Source: Callorhinchus milii | Lineage: Eukaryota | DNA length: 64,000 nt | Reading direction: 5' to 3' | NCBI RefSeq assembly: GCF_018977255.1 | Contig: NW_024704743.1 | Location: forward strand, 81,470,001 to 81,534,000 | Part shown: piece after piece, positions 12,327-24,849 of the stretch | Position numbering within the stretch: position 1 is the stretch's first letter | Layout of the letters: each line of letters begins with the position of its first letter | Notes under the pieces: generated by a model | The model's database searches: none | What the model saw: only the letters and a program-made list of their open reading frames with translations | Told to the model about the DNA's origin: nothing | Program-made: the position numbers and the translations under genes

Positions 12327-12626
12327 GGAGTCCTGTAGCTCAGTGGTTAGAGCACTCGCTTTGCAAGCTAAAGACCTGGGTTCAATTCCTGGCAGGGTGA
12401 AACCTTGGGCAAGTTTCCTTACTCCACATATCTGATAGTAATCCCTCAAAAAAAAATTGGTCATTTCAATCCACGACTGTTTGTGGGACACTGCTGTGCG
12501 CAATTGGCTGCCGCATTTCGCCCACAAATATACAGTCAATTCACTTTACAGTATATTCTGTGAAGCGCTTTGAGATATCTAGAAGGGGTGAAAAACGCTA
12601 CATCAACTGCAAGGATTATTATTATT
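12327..12626 (+). mobile_element. tRNA-derived SINE, full length
   Basis: ggagtcctgtagctcagtggttagagcactcgctttgcaagc...ggttcaattcc head and (ATT)n tail. Confidence 0.92.
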
Positions 12627-13561
12627 TTTGACAATTAAACAATGAAACTGATTTCTTCATCAGATACCAGACAATCACCAGCTGTGTTTATGCTTGAGAA
12701 CTGTGGACAAATCAGAAAAGAAAGACTGTTGTCTTTATATTTATTGTGTGGAGACATGAGTTTTTGTATGCATTTCCTCCCATTTTGGCTTTGCAATTGG
12801 TGGATCTCGATTAGCCTGGTTTTAAATGGTACCTGCCGGATCTCACTAACCCATAGGAAAGTGATTTTTTGTCTTCATTTGTCAGACAGGATTCTTCATT
12901 CATATCCAGCAAGCTTTTGATCAGCAAACTGGCTATTGAAAGGAATCAAACATTTCTAAGAATAAGGACTGCCCTTGTAAGTAGACACTGACTTCCCTTT
13001 GTGAAAGCCATCAACCAAGCAGCCTTATAACATCAAATGGCAATGGTGTTGCTTTGAACTTTGAATGGTGTTGCTCCGAATACATGACATTATTCCCCTC
13101 TTCTCTGGTATTTCCTCTCTGCTTCATTATTTTCATCACCTCCCTAACCTGGGGGTACAACCATGTTCCATCCAAGTTGATCTGTTTTAGGAACATAGGA
13201 AGATTTGTATGTCATTCATACAAATTATGAGTTTGTTACATTTTATCCCATTTCCCCTTTCTCCATACCTTAATACCTTCTCCATACCTTTTCTCTATCT
13301 CCTTTTTAAATCACTCAGTTTCCCAGAACCTGATTTTATTTCAGCATTTCATAGAAGATGCATCTTTGAAGAACAAGAAAATACAAGTCAGATTCTTGTG
13401 ACAACAGTCACAAACTACAATATCAGTTTAGATTGTGTTTTGCATAAAAATATAATGAAACAGTTGGCAGCCACTTTGGAAAACCCAGCTGGGACTTTGT
13501 TTATGAGCAAAATGGTTTATATTTTGAAACAACATATTTTTTCTCAAAAGATACACATTGT

Positions 13562-13878
13562 GGAGTCCTGTAGCTCAGTGGATAGAGCACTCGCTTTGCA
13601 AGTGAGAGACCTGAGTTCAATTCCAGGCAGAGGGCGAAACCTTGGGAAAGTTTCCTTACTCCACACACCTAATAATAATCCCTCCAAAACCAAAAATAAT
13701 AATAAATTGGTCATTTTCAATCTACGACTGTTTTGGGACATTGCTGTGCGCAATTGGCTGCCGCGTTCGCCCACAAATATACAGTCAATTCACTTTACAG
13801 TGTGTTCTGTGAAGCGATTTGGGACGTCTAGAAGACGTGAAAAGCGCTATATCAAATGCAAGGATTATTATTATTATT
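13562..13878 (+). mobile_element. tRNA-derived SINE, full length
   Basis: Same head, body and tail; near-identical to the copies at 4922-5172 and 51479-51801. Confidence 0.92.
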
Positions 13879-14439
13879 GTAATGAATGTTCATATTCTTC
13901 ATGGCAGAGTCCTCCTTTGTGAATGATGGCTGGTATATATACACATAGTATGTAATCAGCATATTCCTTCACCTTGGGTATTTGTTGGGACTTTCAGCAA
14001 TGGATTACATCGGAGATCTAGCTTAACAAAGTAACATGTTCTTGAAATCTAAAGAATACTGTCTTCTGGACCAGAAGGTTCCTTTCTATTGACAATTACT
14101 GTAAACGATGTTTTAATATGATTCAACTTGCAAGCCACAACAAATATGCAAGTTAGTTTTGAGCCTACAGTTAACTGTCTGGCCTCATATGTGAAAACAT
14201 AGTCTAATTACTGGAGGGTGTAACCATATACTGACTGGCATTGGACAGGGCAGGAGCGGGGGATGAAGAGCTTTATTATGATTTTAGGACTTTGTTTGCG
14301 TTCCTCGATTCTAATAGTGTAATGGGATACTTCTGTTGCATAAAACATGCTTGGTAATTGGTGGTGTTTACATTCAGTTACTTTGATGTCTGGAACTAAA
14401 TTTGGGCTTGAGAGTAAGACACATGGTTAACATCTTAAT

Positions 14440-15640
14440 GCCGAAAGAAGTCTAGATGAACTTCAATGTAAGGAAATGTGAAGTGATCCACTTTGGTAGG
14501 AAAAATAAGAGAATAAGTGTTTAAGGAACCTAGGAAAGACAAAGGGATCTAGGATACAGATTCACAGGACTCTTAAAAGTAGTAACACATTTGAACAAGG
14601 CCACAAAGAACACAGATATAGTCCTTGGTTTACTGGAGGAATAGAGTATAAAACTAGGGAGCTAATTTTTAAATTTGTATCGAAGCCTTGATTAGACCTT
14701 TGGAATACTGCATGCAGATCTGGTTGTCATACTTCAAAAAGGATATTCTGTAGTAGCTTTGGAGAGAGTACAGCTTAGATTTACAAGGATGTTGCCAGAG
14801 ATGAGTGGCTACAGCTATCATGAAAGATTGGAAAGGTTGGAGCTTTTCTGTCTAGAGATGAGACGATTGAGAGGGGACCTGATGGAGGTGTTGAAGATTC
14901 TGAAAGGATTCAATAAGATGGCCTGTTTCAACTCATTGATAAATACAAAAAGAGGGGCCATAAATATAAGATAGCTATTAGCAGATCTAAAAGGAAATTT
15001 AGGAGGTACATTTTCCACACAGAGGATAGTGAGAATGTTGACCTCGTTCCTGAAACCTATGGTTAAAGCAGATAGCATCATTGTATTGAAAATGAAATTG
15101 GGTACATACACGAGAGAGAAGGGAATAGAGGGATACACCAGGGATAGAACAACAACAACAAGATTCCATTTATGGAGCGCCTTTCACGTCGGGAGGACGT
15201 CCCAAGGCTCTGTACAGTTGGATCAGGACCGAGCATTGGGGGGAAATGGTCAGGGTGAGGGGAGGGAAGGAGCGAGGAGGGGGTAGAGAATCGAGAGGGG
15301 CGCTGAAGGCACGATCAACGAGAAAGGTCTTGAGACCGGCCTTGAAGGAGGAAAGGGAGGAGGCGGCGAAGGCACTGGGGGATAGAGTTCCAGAGCCTCG
15401 GGGCTGAGAGGCTGAAGGCCCGGCCACCGATGGTAGGGCGGTTGGGGCGGGGGATGTGGAGCAGACCGGAGCCAGAGGAACGGAAGGTACGGGCAGGTAG
15501 GTAGGGGGATAGTAGGTCGGAGAGGTAGGAGGGAGCAAGGCTGTGAATGGCCTTGTAGGTGAGGATGAGGATCTTGAATTCGAGCTCATGTGGAACATAA
15601 ACATAAACAATGGCCTGTTTCCATGCTGTATCATTCTACA
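14440..15640 (+). mobile_element. CR1 LINE 3' part, interrupted by the L2 at 15148-15585
   Basis: Encodes FNV.KCEVIHFG and LERVQLRFTRML...ERLERLELF..E.RRLRGDL; the CR1 tail aatggcctgtttccatgctgtatcattcta resumes after the L2. Confidence 0.85.
15148..15585 (-). mobile_element. Young L2 3' fragment
   Basis: (AAC)n tail; high similarity to the 3750-4921 and 61336-62298 copies. Confidence 0.92.
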
Positions 15641-15902
15641 TAAAATAGTGTGAATGTGAAGCTCCTCTCTGATACATTTTACAACAAAAGCAAATTGATA
15701 AATTAACATTAATATACATAAATGCTTGAGATTGCTGGGATGTAGACTTTGATTAAAACTAGGAATTAGGAAGGAGTTAACAATTTCCATATACAGGTAT
15801 GTTTGCAGGTTGTTAATGTACCTTCAAAACATTGAAGTCTAATTAATATGTTGACAGGCTTCATTTCTAACTATGCAAACTTTGTATCTATCGTGCCTTT
15901 AG

Positions 15903-16058
15903 GACTGGTATTGTGTCAAGTTCATCTGAAACACTATTGGGACTCAAGGATGTCCAAAGAATACCTCCAGTTCACCTTGATGCAAAAGAGCTGCTGAAAT
16001 ATTTCACTGCAGAAGGTATTCCAACTGCTGACCTGCAGCCTCTGCAGATACAGAGAGG
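15903..16058 (+). CDS. MTBP: MTBP coding exon (about 16), [52 protein letters not shown]
   Basis: tttag| acceptor, GG|GTAAGT donor, 156 nt, phase 2/2. [11 protein letters not shown] matches recalled human MTBP. Confidence 0.95.
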
Positions 16059-16629
16059 GTAAGTACAATACAATCTTCAAGAATAAAACAAAACTACTAA
16101 AGTTTAAAGTTCTGTCCACCAGTGGTTTCTGGCAAAAGCATTTCTGGAACGTCTGTGTGCTGAGAGCTGCATTTTACTGCAAGAAACAGGAGATGGGTTA
16201 CGAAGACAGATTGGACAAAAATTAAGCTTTAAAGTCTAGAAAGGAGGCTGGGGAAAAGCCGTATTGAATTATGTGAAATAATAGATCAGGATAAATGCAG
16301 ACTGTTACTTCATTATAAGCCAAGAGAGCAGGTCCAGGAGACATTTAATCAAAATGAGGGGAAAGTACAACATGGACAAAGATGTGGAATATTTGCTTAG
16401 AAATGTTTGGATTATTCTACCAAGCAAGTTAATGGAGAACCAGTACTGGTGTTTGCAAAATTAAATTGAATGCAGACTGAGGGAATCCTGGAGATGCTTT
16501 GAGAGTAGAGATTAATTTTATTTGCACTTTCTTCCCCGGGATGTCAGTTTTTTCATTGGTTGAAGCAAAACAAGCTTCAACCTTGATGGACAACTAAGAA
16601 TTGCCATGATCACAGGTGCTGTTTCAAAA

Positions 16630-17450
16630 GAACAACACAACAAATTACACTTGTATAGAGCGCTTCATGACAGAAAGACGTTCCAGGGCATTGGTCAATC
16701 AGGGGTTTTGGACCTGAGTTGGGGTGAGTAGGGGAGGAGGGCAGTGGGGGTGGGAGGGTGGCCGAAGGCACGGTGGAAGAAAAACGTCTTCAGACAGGAC
16801 TTGAAGTAGGCAAGAGAGGGGGTGAGATGGAGGGATTGTGGGAGGGAGTTCCAGAGTGAAAGGGCAGAGTGGCAGAAGGCCTGCCTGCCAATGGTGAGGC
16901 CGGGGACGTGAAGCAGGCACTCTGCTGAGTGGAGGGAAGGGGCAAGATAGTAGCAGGTTAGGAGGTTGCAGAGGTAGGGGGGGAGGAAGACCATGGAGGG
17001 CTTTGAACTTGAGGACCAGGATCTTGAACTGTATCCTCTGTGTAATGGGAAGCCAGTGGAGTCGGGCAAGGATGGGAGTGATAGATTTATGGAGCCTGGT
17101 GCGAGAGATGACACAAGCTGCTGAGTTCTGGATGATCTGTAGCCTATGGAGGGAGGAGTTGGGGAGGCCAACAATCAAGGAGTTTGCATAGTCAAGCCTT
17201 GGTGTTATGAAAGCGTGTATGAGAGTTTCGGTGGCCTGCGGTGTGAGACAGTGGCGGAGTTGGGCAATGTTGCGGAGATGAAGGAAGGCAGAGCAGGTCA
17301 TGGCACAGAAGTGGGGTAGAAAGGACAGTTGAGTATCAAACAAGATGCCAAGGTCCTGGACTGGCTTAGTAAGGTGGTATGTGGAGGCGCTGACGGGAGC
17401 CAATCAGGAGGACCTTGATCGTTTTGACATCAGCTGAAGAAAGTTAGCTA
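16630..17450 (-). mobile_element. L2 LINE fragment (older subfamily)
   Basis: Minus-strand ORF with DLGILFD, RLDYANSL and LHWLPI; L2 tail at about 16630-16690. Confidence 0.9.
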
Positions 17451-18304
17451 AATTTACATAGCATCCTCCTTGCGTCAGGAGAATACTATGTAAATTGTTA
17501 CTGTCTTTAGAGCTGCGTTTTTTTTGTCGAGGGTGTATATCGTTTAAAAATAGCATACAACTGTTTAAATGTTTTATTTATATCCACTTGAAAATTTACA
17601 AAATTGATTCCATATGCATGAAATATTAGATATTCTTGGCTTCCATTACAGCTTACTGTAATGATCGATGTTGCAATCGCATTTCCTAAAATTAGCAAAT
17701 TAGTTGTGACAAGCCTGTGTATTGCTTGGATTTGGTGCATGATGCCGTTTTATGATGATATGGTATCAAGCTGTCATAAAATCATATAATACATTGCACG
17801 TTGCTTTCTTTTTCCATTTGTTGTTACTTCATTAACATTATGACAAGTAAATGAATGCAGTTTTGTTTTTATTCATACATCTTTATGACAGTTCAAGCTT
17901 AAGTAAATTAAACTAATGCGGCAGGGAGATAAATTACCACTGTAATATCATAGAAAAAAACTCTAAATGTTCCCTTTTCTGAATTAAAAAAAATCTCAAG
18001 GTCCACGCATTTCTTTGGCTTGGGGCGAATGAGTTCTCATAGATTTTTAAACCTCATTGGTGTTGCATTATGTATCTTATTTATACTGCTTTATCTAGTA
18101 TTAATGGAGTAGTGAAAGCAGACTATGGCATTGCTCTTCCTATTTCTCATTTTTTTTAATATTCCACTCAGCAACAGAAGGTATTTAGGAATGTGGTGTC
18201 CCTGTACTAAAACATTCCATGCTGTGCTAAACAGCACTCATGTCTGTCTGTTGTTTAGTTTCAAGGTCTCCCTGGAGAAGTAGCTAAAAAGTACCAATTC
18301 AAGT

Positions 18305-18351
18305 AATAAACCACTACCTTTGGCTTCTAAAGCCAAAGGTAGTGGTTTATT
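18305..18351. repeat. Perfect 22-bp inverted repeat with 3-nt loop
   Basis: aataaaccactacctttggctt-cta-aagccaaaggtagtggtttatt. Confidence 0.95.
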
Positions 18352-18636
18352 GCCTTTTTTAAAGCTAGAAACTTATTGCTAACCAGCAACTTACAGTCTG
18401 AGTGGAATATGAGCGAGCGAGCGAGTTTTACAAGATTGTATTACTATAGTGCGAGTGCAATTAAAACACAGTAGTTTGCAGGGAGGTAATTTAATTAAGG
18501 ATAGCCATATTTTTAAAAAATGGATTGGAGAAAACATCCTTAGAAATTATTAAAATTGTAGTGGCATAGTAGTGCTAGAGTACCATCATCCAGCAAAGGG
18601 CCACTGGTTTGAGACATTGTTGGAATTTCCGTGTTG

Positions 18637-18946
18637 ATAATAGTAATCCTTGCATTTGATATAGCCCTTTATCAGGACTTTGACACGTCTCAAAACGCAT
18701 CACAGAATATGCTGTAATAATGTGAATTGACTGTGTATTTTGTGGGCTAAACGTGGCAGCCAATTGCACACAGCAGTGTCCCACAAACAGTCGTGGATTG
18801 AGTGTCCAAATTATTATTTATTTTTGAAGGAATTATTACCCCCGGAAAGCAATCTGCCAATCAACTAACCACCAGGTTCATACTTACTGTTAGGTGAACA
18901 GATACGTGTATGTGGATTAAGGAAACTTGCCTAACGTTTCGCCCTG
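18637..18946 (-). mobile_element. tRNA-SINE, long variant with extra central segment, head truncated
   Basis: Shared tail and body plus an extra segment accaggttcatacttactgttaggtgaacaga. Confidence 0.8.
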
Positions 18947-19914
18947 AAGTGATGTGGAGAAGTTCCAAGTAGAGCTAAGCGCTTAAGGGAGAGAACATCT
19001 GATGGTAACTATTCCATGAGCTGCTCTCACAGCGCACAGTGGCATTGACAGAGGCCTAGGATTACATTACTCACTTGTTTTCCTGTCCCCTGAGCTGCAG
19101 TATATAGAATAATTGAAGAAACAAATTTTTCCCAAAATTGTATGCTTCGATTTCATTTACTTTTGACATTCTTCACTAAAACTGTCGCAATAAATTTAGT
19201 GAATGTGGCGTTCACATGTCACCAACTTCCTGATAAAGGAAATTGTTCTTGTTCAGCATATATACAGGGTGAAGCGTGGACTAGGAATTCAAATTATTTA
19301 ACCCAATTACTGAAAGAAATTCAAAGCTTTCAGAATATTCATTACGAAGTGACAGCAACAAACATTTTTCATTTCAATAATATGATAAATCTAGTTCTGT
19401 AAAATGTATAAAATCATAAAAGTATTCTTTCTCTTTTCCACAACATCCCCTTTGCAACAACATGCAATAGGCTATTAGCTGGCCAAGAGAGCAGGTAGCT
19501 AAACTGCTCCCAGACCTTATTGGGAGAACTTTGGTCTGAAATTCTAGTTGGTGTTGCACGTAACTCTTTTGGCTTTGTGTGATTATAATGCGTATATTCT
19601 ATTAACAGCTGACATTAAAAATCCTACGTTCAATGCCAACCATTGCATGTCTCCTCATGCTTATGTCCGAAAGCTGTCAGGAGAGCTGTTTGTTGCTCAC
19701 TGTTGGGATGTGATAAGCTTCTTTCTATACCTCTAAAACCGACCTTGTTTTATGTGTGTTGAGAATTTTTGGAAGAAGAATAAATAATTGAATATAAAAT
19801 GCTACTTCTTCCTAACTTCCCTCAAGTTTTATTTGCTTCCTCAATCCTTTAAATAGGCTTTGCCAGCTCAATTGTTCTTGTTCTAACGAAAAGTCACATT
19901 ATTTTCCAATCAGC

Positions 19915-20083
19915 CTTCAGCTCCCCTCTCGACTCTCTTCCCCCTCCTCGCTCCCTCCCTTCCCTCCCCTCACCCTGACCATTTCCCCCCTGCTCGGGTC
20001 ATGACCCAACTGTGCAGCGCCTTGGGACGTCCTCCTGACGTGAAAGGCGCTTTATAAATGGAATCTTGTTGTTGTTGTTGTTG
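19915..20083 (+). mobile_element. Very young L2 3' tail with 15-bp TSD
   Basis: tattttccaatcagc at 19900-19914 and 20084-20098; sequence nearly identical to the tail at about 62090-62298. Confidence 0.93.
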
Positions 20084-20988
20084 TATTTTCCAATCAGCTA
20101 ATGCAATAAAAGAATAGTTTCTCCCCCAACTCTGGCTTGGTTATCAAGTTGCCATTTGTAAGAACATATTTGTTCTTGTGACTTAGGTTGACTTGCCTTA
20201 ACTTGTTCTGAAATGTATTCAGATTCCTACAAATTTGAATCAAGTCTGGTTTAAATTTCAAGCTTATTTTCAAGTTATTGAGGAACTGGAGTATAAATAA
20301 ATGATGTTTGTGGTTCTATGAATGTTTCCAAATGTAATATTTGTCAGACTAAACACAATTCTTTTTTATGGAAAGAACACAGCTATTCTGTAATTACTTC
20401 ATTGTTTCAGTACGACTGTCCATATTTTAATTCAGTATAAAAATTAAGTCATGTCCATGACTATTCATCAGATCATTTTCCTACTGAATTGTACAGTTCT
20501 AGAACTTGCCAATGAAAGTGAGCCAACCGTATTTAATTTTAAAACAATCTCTTTCTCAACTAAGACTCCACTAAACCCTTTTGAATGAACAGTAGAAATT
20601 TTCTTCTGTTTTTGCTTAGCCGTGACAATCTTTTATTTTCTGTTTTGAAAAAAACAATCACAGTATATTCTCTTTGTAACTAAGACAGAACGGTAAAACA
20701 ACCTGTGTAGGTCCAAAACCATACTAAGACATTTGTGGGATTTCCTTGTAGATTTGAGTTTAGGCTAATGCAATAGGACAAGGCTTTTGTGCTACTACTT
20801 GTATGTTGGATCCAAATCAAATTAGAATAGTCTTCAGAGAAAAGCAAGTTAAGAGCTTCTTAGAATGCAAACAATATATCCATTCTGCAGTATAACTGCA
20901 AGGTAACCAGGGTGATTCAGCTTAAGCAAAACAGAAAGCGACCGTTTCTGTGAGGTAATCTTATGGTGCCACAGCACTTTCTATAGTA

Positions 20989-21096
20989 CAGAGTGACCAA
21001 AAAGTTGTGATAACTACCTCATTATCTAAATAATATCATAATTTCTTTAAGAAGTTTAAGATATTGCTAAAGTATCACAACTTTTTGGTCACCCTG
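20989..21096. mobile_element. Tc1/mariner-type MITE (108 bp)
   Basis: 24-bp TIRs cag(a/g)gtgaccaaaaagttgtgata with 1 mismatch; left flank TA, right flank TT. Confidence 0.8.
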
Positions 21097-21477
21097 TTTA
21101 ACTGCATCTAATGTGACTGTTTTAAACTAGAAAAAGCAAGTTTGTTCTTAGAGTATTTCTCTGCCCCTTGGTTTTGGGAGCTCTCAGTGAATGGTGCCAA
21201 TGGCTGGCAAAAGTTGATGTACAGAAGAGAGCAAAGTTATCCACACAGACTGGGACTTCATTATGGGCTGGGTCAATAGCAAAGTGCGGCCGCACCTCCC
21301 CGATATTTCCCGCTACAATGAACCCACCTGCTACAAACCCGCCATAAATGTAGTTTCTGGCCCGTGGGCCACTCGCGCTGTTTATTTGACGCCACTGTCG
21401 GCGGAGCAGCTCCAAACACGAATGCGCAGTGCAAGTGGCAAATGGGCTACACTCAAAAGCCCCGCTGTTGTGATTGT

Positions 21478-21921
21478 CTATGTGAGTGTGTCTGTCTCTT
21501 CTATATATGTTTGTGTGTGTTTTTGAGTATCTCTGTGTAAATGTGTGTGTCTCTGTGTGTGTGTGTGTATGTCTCTCTGTGTCTGTGAGTGTGTGTGTCT
21601 CTCTGTGTCTCTCTGTGAGTTTGTCTCTCTCTGTATCTGTGTATCTTTCTTTGTGTTTACGAGTGTGTGTGTATCTATCTTTCTCTGAGAATGTATCTCT
21701 CTGTGAGTGTGTGTGTCTTTCTCTGTGTCTATTTCTGTGTGTGTGTATGTATGTGTCTCTGAGTGTGTCTCTCTCTGGGTCTCTGAGTGTATGTGTCTTT
21801 CTCTGGGTCTCTGAGTGTGTGTGTGTCTCCTTGAATGTGTGTGTATGTGTCTCTCCGTGTCTCTGTGTGTGTGCGTGTGTCTCTGAGTGTGTGTGTTTGT
21901 TTCTCTCTGGGTCTCTGTGTC
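21478..21921. repeat. Compound (TG)n/(TC)n low-complexity tract
   Basis: About 440 bp of gtgtgt/ctctct units. Confidence 0.95.
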
Positions 21922-22793
21922 AATGTGCGATGCTGGCCCTGAGAGGCAGGAGGTCGTGAGCTCCTGTAGCTTCGCTGGTGTCCATCACAACATCCAGAAT
22001 TTGGCAACTTATTTCAAGAACTACAAAAAATGACCTGGAAGATGAGATTGAATTTAGCAGTTTGACAAATTCTGGATACTCAAATAATGCTACATCAATA
22101 GAGTAAACCTACACCTAAGTGGAATTTCTACCCACTTATGCCTTAACCCATTTGAACCTTTTGAATTTGAGACATTTTAAACATGACACCTTTAAATGTA
22201 AGACTTTCATTTTCCTCCTATTTCAACATGCATAGTGATCTTCACATGGATAGTCCACATTGTTCTATTCAGCACATAGATATGGAAATTACAAGACTGC
22301 ATTCGTTGTTTGGGTAAATTTAAATTGAGCTCGATTGATCTCAGGAAATAGCAGTGCCAAATTCTTTCCTCAGGCTAAAAGTAGATATCACTTTGATGTG
22401 CCTAGAATTTCTGTGGTCTATATTGATAGAACAAAAGGCATTCACTGCACCAAGCAATTATGTTGCTTCCTTTCCTTCGATAAACTTATCATTAAGTAAA
22501 CTGAGTTGCCAAGTGTATCTTCTTGTGTTCCTTTGTTTGTAAATAGCCATGGGAAATTCAAGGCTGTTGTACTTTGGCTAACACTTCATACTCTATGTCA
22601 ATGTTTTTTCTCAATACTTTGTGTTAGATTCTTCTCAATGCTTCTGTTACTATTATTGCAACATTTGTACACTATTTTCCAGATGCAATGAATGAGCCTT
22701 TTAAACAGGCAAATTTGTTTGAAGAGTATACATCTCTCATCTTATTCAGATTATATTAACAGTTAACAATAAATCTGCTTTATCTCCTTTCAG

Positions 22794-22889
22794 TGAGAAT
22801 GAATTTCCATTGACCCCACGGATGACTTTAAACAAACTGAAAAATTTGCCATTTGAAAAAGCTGCAGAATGTCATTATCATGGACTTGA
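22794..22889 (+). CDS. MTBP: MTBP coding exon (about 17), [32 protein letters not shown]
   Basis: tttcag| acceptor, |GTAAGT donor, 96 nt, phase 2/2. Carries the LPFEKA..CHYHG motif. Confidence 0.95.
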
Positions 22890-22929
22890 GTAAGTGTGAT
22901 TAGGTTCAATGTAAGGAAAGAAAGAACAG

Positions 22930-23520
22930 GAAAAGTTGAGGACAGGATAAGAAGAAAACAAGCTAGTTATAGAAAGAAGCAAAGGGACTACTCAGATTGA
23001 TTGGAAGGAACATTTGGCAAATGAAATGTAGATCAGCAGTGGGAAATATTTAAACTAGAGGTGGAAAGGGTGCAAATCAAGAATATTATAATAAGGAGAA
23101 AGTGAGTGTAATAATAGCAGGGATTCCATGGATAAATAGGAAGATTAGATCAAATTTGGAAGGCCAGAAAAATGTAATAATTAAAGAACAAATAATAGAA
23201 AGGAAAGTGAAAGCCAATGTAAAGAATATCGAAAAGCTGCATAGAGGGAGATTAAACAGTCTGAAAGGGGTAAGAGAGAAAAGGGAGGTCAATAGTAAAC
23301 CTTTGTATAAGCACATTAATTGTAGTAGCAGTAAAATGTTAGTTCAGATACTAATAGGGCTGCTAAGAGATTAAGGAGGAAAGCTTATAGTAGAAAGGGA
23401 GGACACTAAGTAAGTACATTGCCTTAATTTTCATAGAGGAGGTGGATATTGTGAATGTAGAATCACTGGAGGTGGATGTAGAAAGATTATTGAAAATTAT
23501 TATTAAAAAATTACTGGAAC
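22930..23520 (+). mobile_element. Decayed CR1 ORF2 fragment
   Basis: Purine-rich sequence with the motifs gattgattgg, cagtgggaaatatttaaa, ccatggataaatagg and aatagtaaacctttgtataagcacatt, typical of the CR1 linker region. Confidence 0.55.
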
Positions 23521-23850
23521 AGAAAGTGGAAATATCTTCTATTTAACAAAAGACATCTTTAACACTGCTGTTATTTTAGAGAAAACATGTATGGATGTAT
23601 TTTAATGTATTTTAAGCTTTGTAGATTTCAATCTTGGACGTCTGCCACTTTGTTTTTAAGCCTTCTTTACACGAACATAGGCTCGCGCTTGGATCTCTCT
23701 TACCAAGACGACTTATATTAAGATAACGTAATAAGTGGTCTATAAACTCCTATTCCAATACAATGTCTAATGTTTACATGGTCTGTTTATTAGCTTTGGA
23801 AGGTGTATGAGATGAGGTGAACAGACAGGGTATTTTAGTTTCCACCTACC

Positions 23851-24618
23851 CACAGGCTCTGGCAGCATCAACCTCCATGGTTGCACACTACAACTTACCA
23901 AGCCAGTCAAGAACCGAGGTGTCTTGTTCGACCCTCAACTGTCTTTTCTTCCCCACATCCAAGCCATGACCCGCTCTGCCTTCCTTCACCTCCATAACAT
24001 CGCCCGACTCCGCTAGCACCTCACCCCTCAGGCCGCTGAAACTCTTGTTCATGCCTTCATCACCTCCAAGCTCGACTATGCAAACGCCCTGCTTGTCGGC
24101 CTTCTCAACTCCTCCCTCCACAGGCTGCAGATAATCCAGAACTCTGCAGCCCATGTCCTCTCCCGCACCAAACTCCGTGACCCCATCTCCCCCACTTTCG
24201 CCCGACTCCTTATCCTTCAGAGGATCCAGTTCAAGATCCTGGTCCTCACCTACAAAGCCCACCATGCCTCGCCCCACTCTACCTCTGCGACCTCCTAACC
24301 TCCTACCAACCCGCCCGCTCCCTCCGCTCAGCCAGCTCCGGCCTGCTCCAGATCCCCCAACCCACCATTGGCGGGAGAGCCTTCAGCCACTCTGCCCCCA
24401 ACCTCTGGAATTCCACCCCCCAAACACTCCGCCTCGCCCCCTCCTTAGCCTCCTTCAAGTCCCGCCTCAAGACCCTCCTCTTCAACCATGCCATCGGCCA
24501 CCCCCCTTCCCCTCCCCTCTCTTCTCCCTCCCTGACCCTAGCTTGGGTCTGAAATGCTGTGCACAACGCCTTGGGACGTCCTCCCGACGATTACAAATGT
24601 AATCTTGTTGTTGTTGTA
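23851..24618 (+). mobile_element. L2 LINE fragment
   Basis: VKNRGVLFD, SKLDYANALL and LWNS motifs; (GTT)n tail. Confidence 0.9.
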
Positions 24619-24849
24619 TAACAATTTTGCTTGTTAGCTTGACCAAAGTTTATTCCTTGATGTATTCGGCTGCCTTGTCAATTGTTGCCAAAACCCATCT
24701 ATTTGTAATATCTCGAAAATCAAGTCCTCAAGTGCTTTTTCTCAGTGAGTGTATTTATAATAAAGTTTGCATGCAATATCTACTATCAAATAATGATGTT
24801 CGGGAGGTGTAATGTGTAACTTATATGGTTAAACTTATGAATATTACAG

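Noticed and set aside
12327..12400. Apparent tRNA-Ala-like genes (also at 5100-5172, 8632, 13562, 26665, 51479)
   Set aside because: Each is followed by the same SINE body and L2-type tail and lacks a proper acceptor stem. These are SINE heads, not tRNA genes.
18305..18360. Hairpin plus T-run read as a bacterial intrinsic terminator or synthetic shRNA cassette
   Set aside because: The context is a vertebrate intron and no Pol III promoter elements are recognisable upstream. Kept only as an inverted repeat.
21486..22007. 157-aa and 92-aa ORFs rich in V/C/S/L or T/H/R
   Set aside because: Translation of a TG/TC microsatellite.
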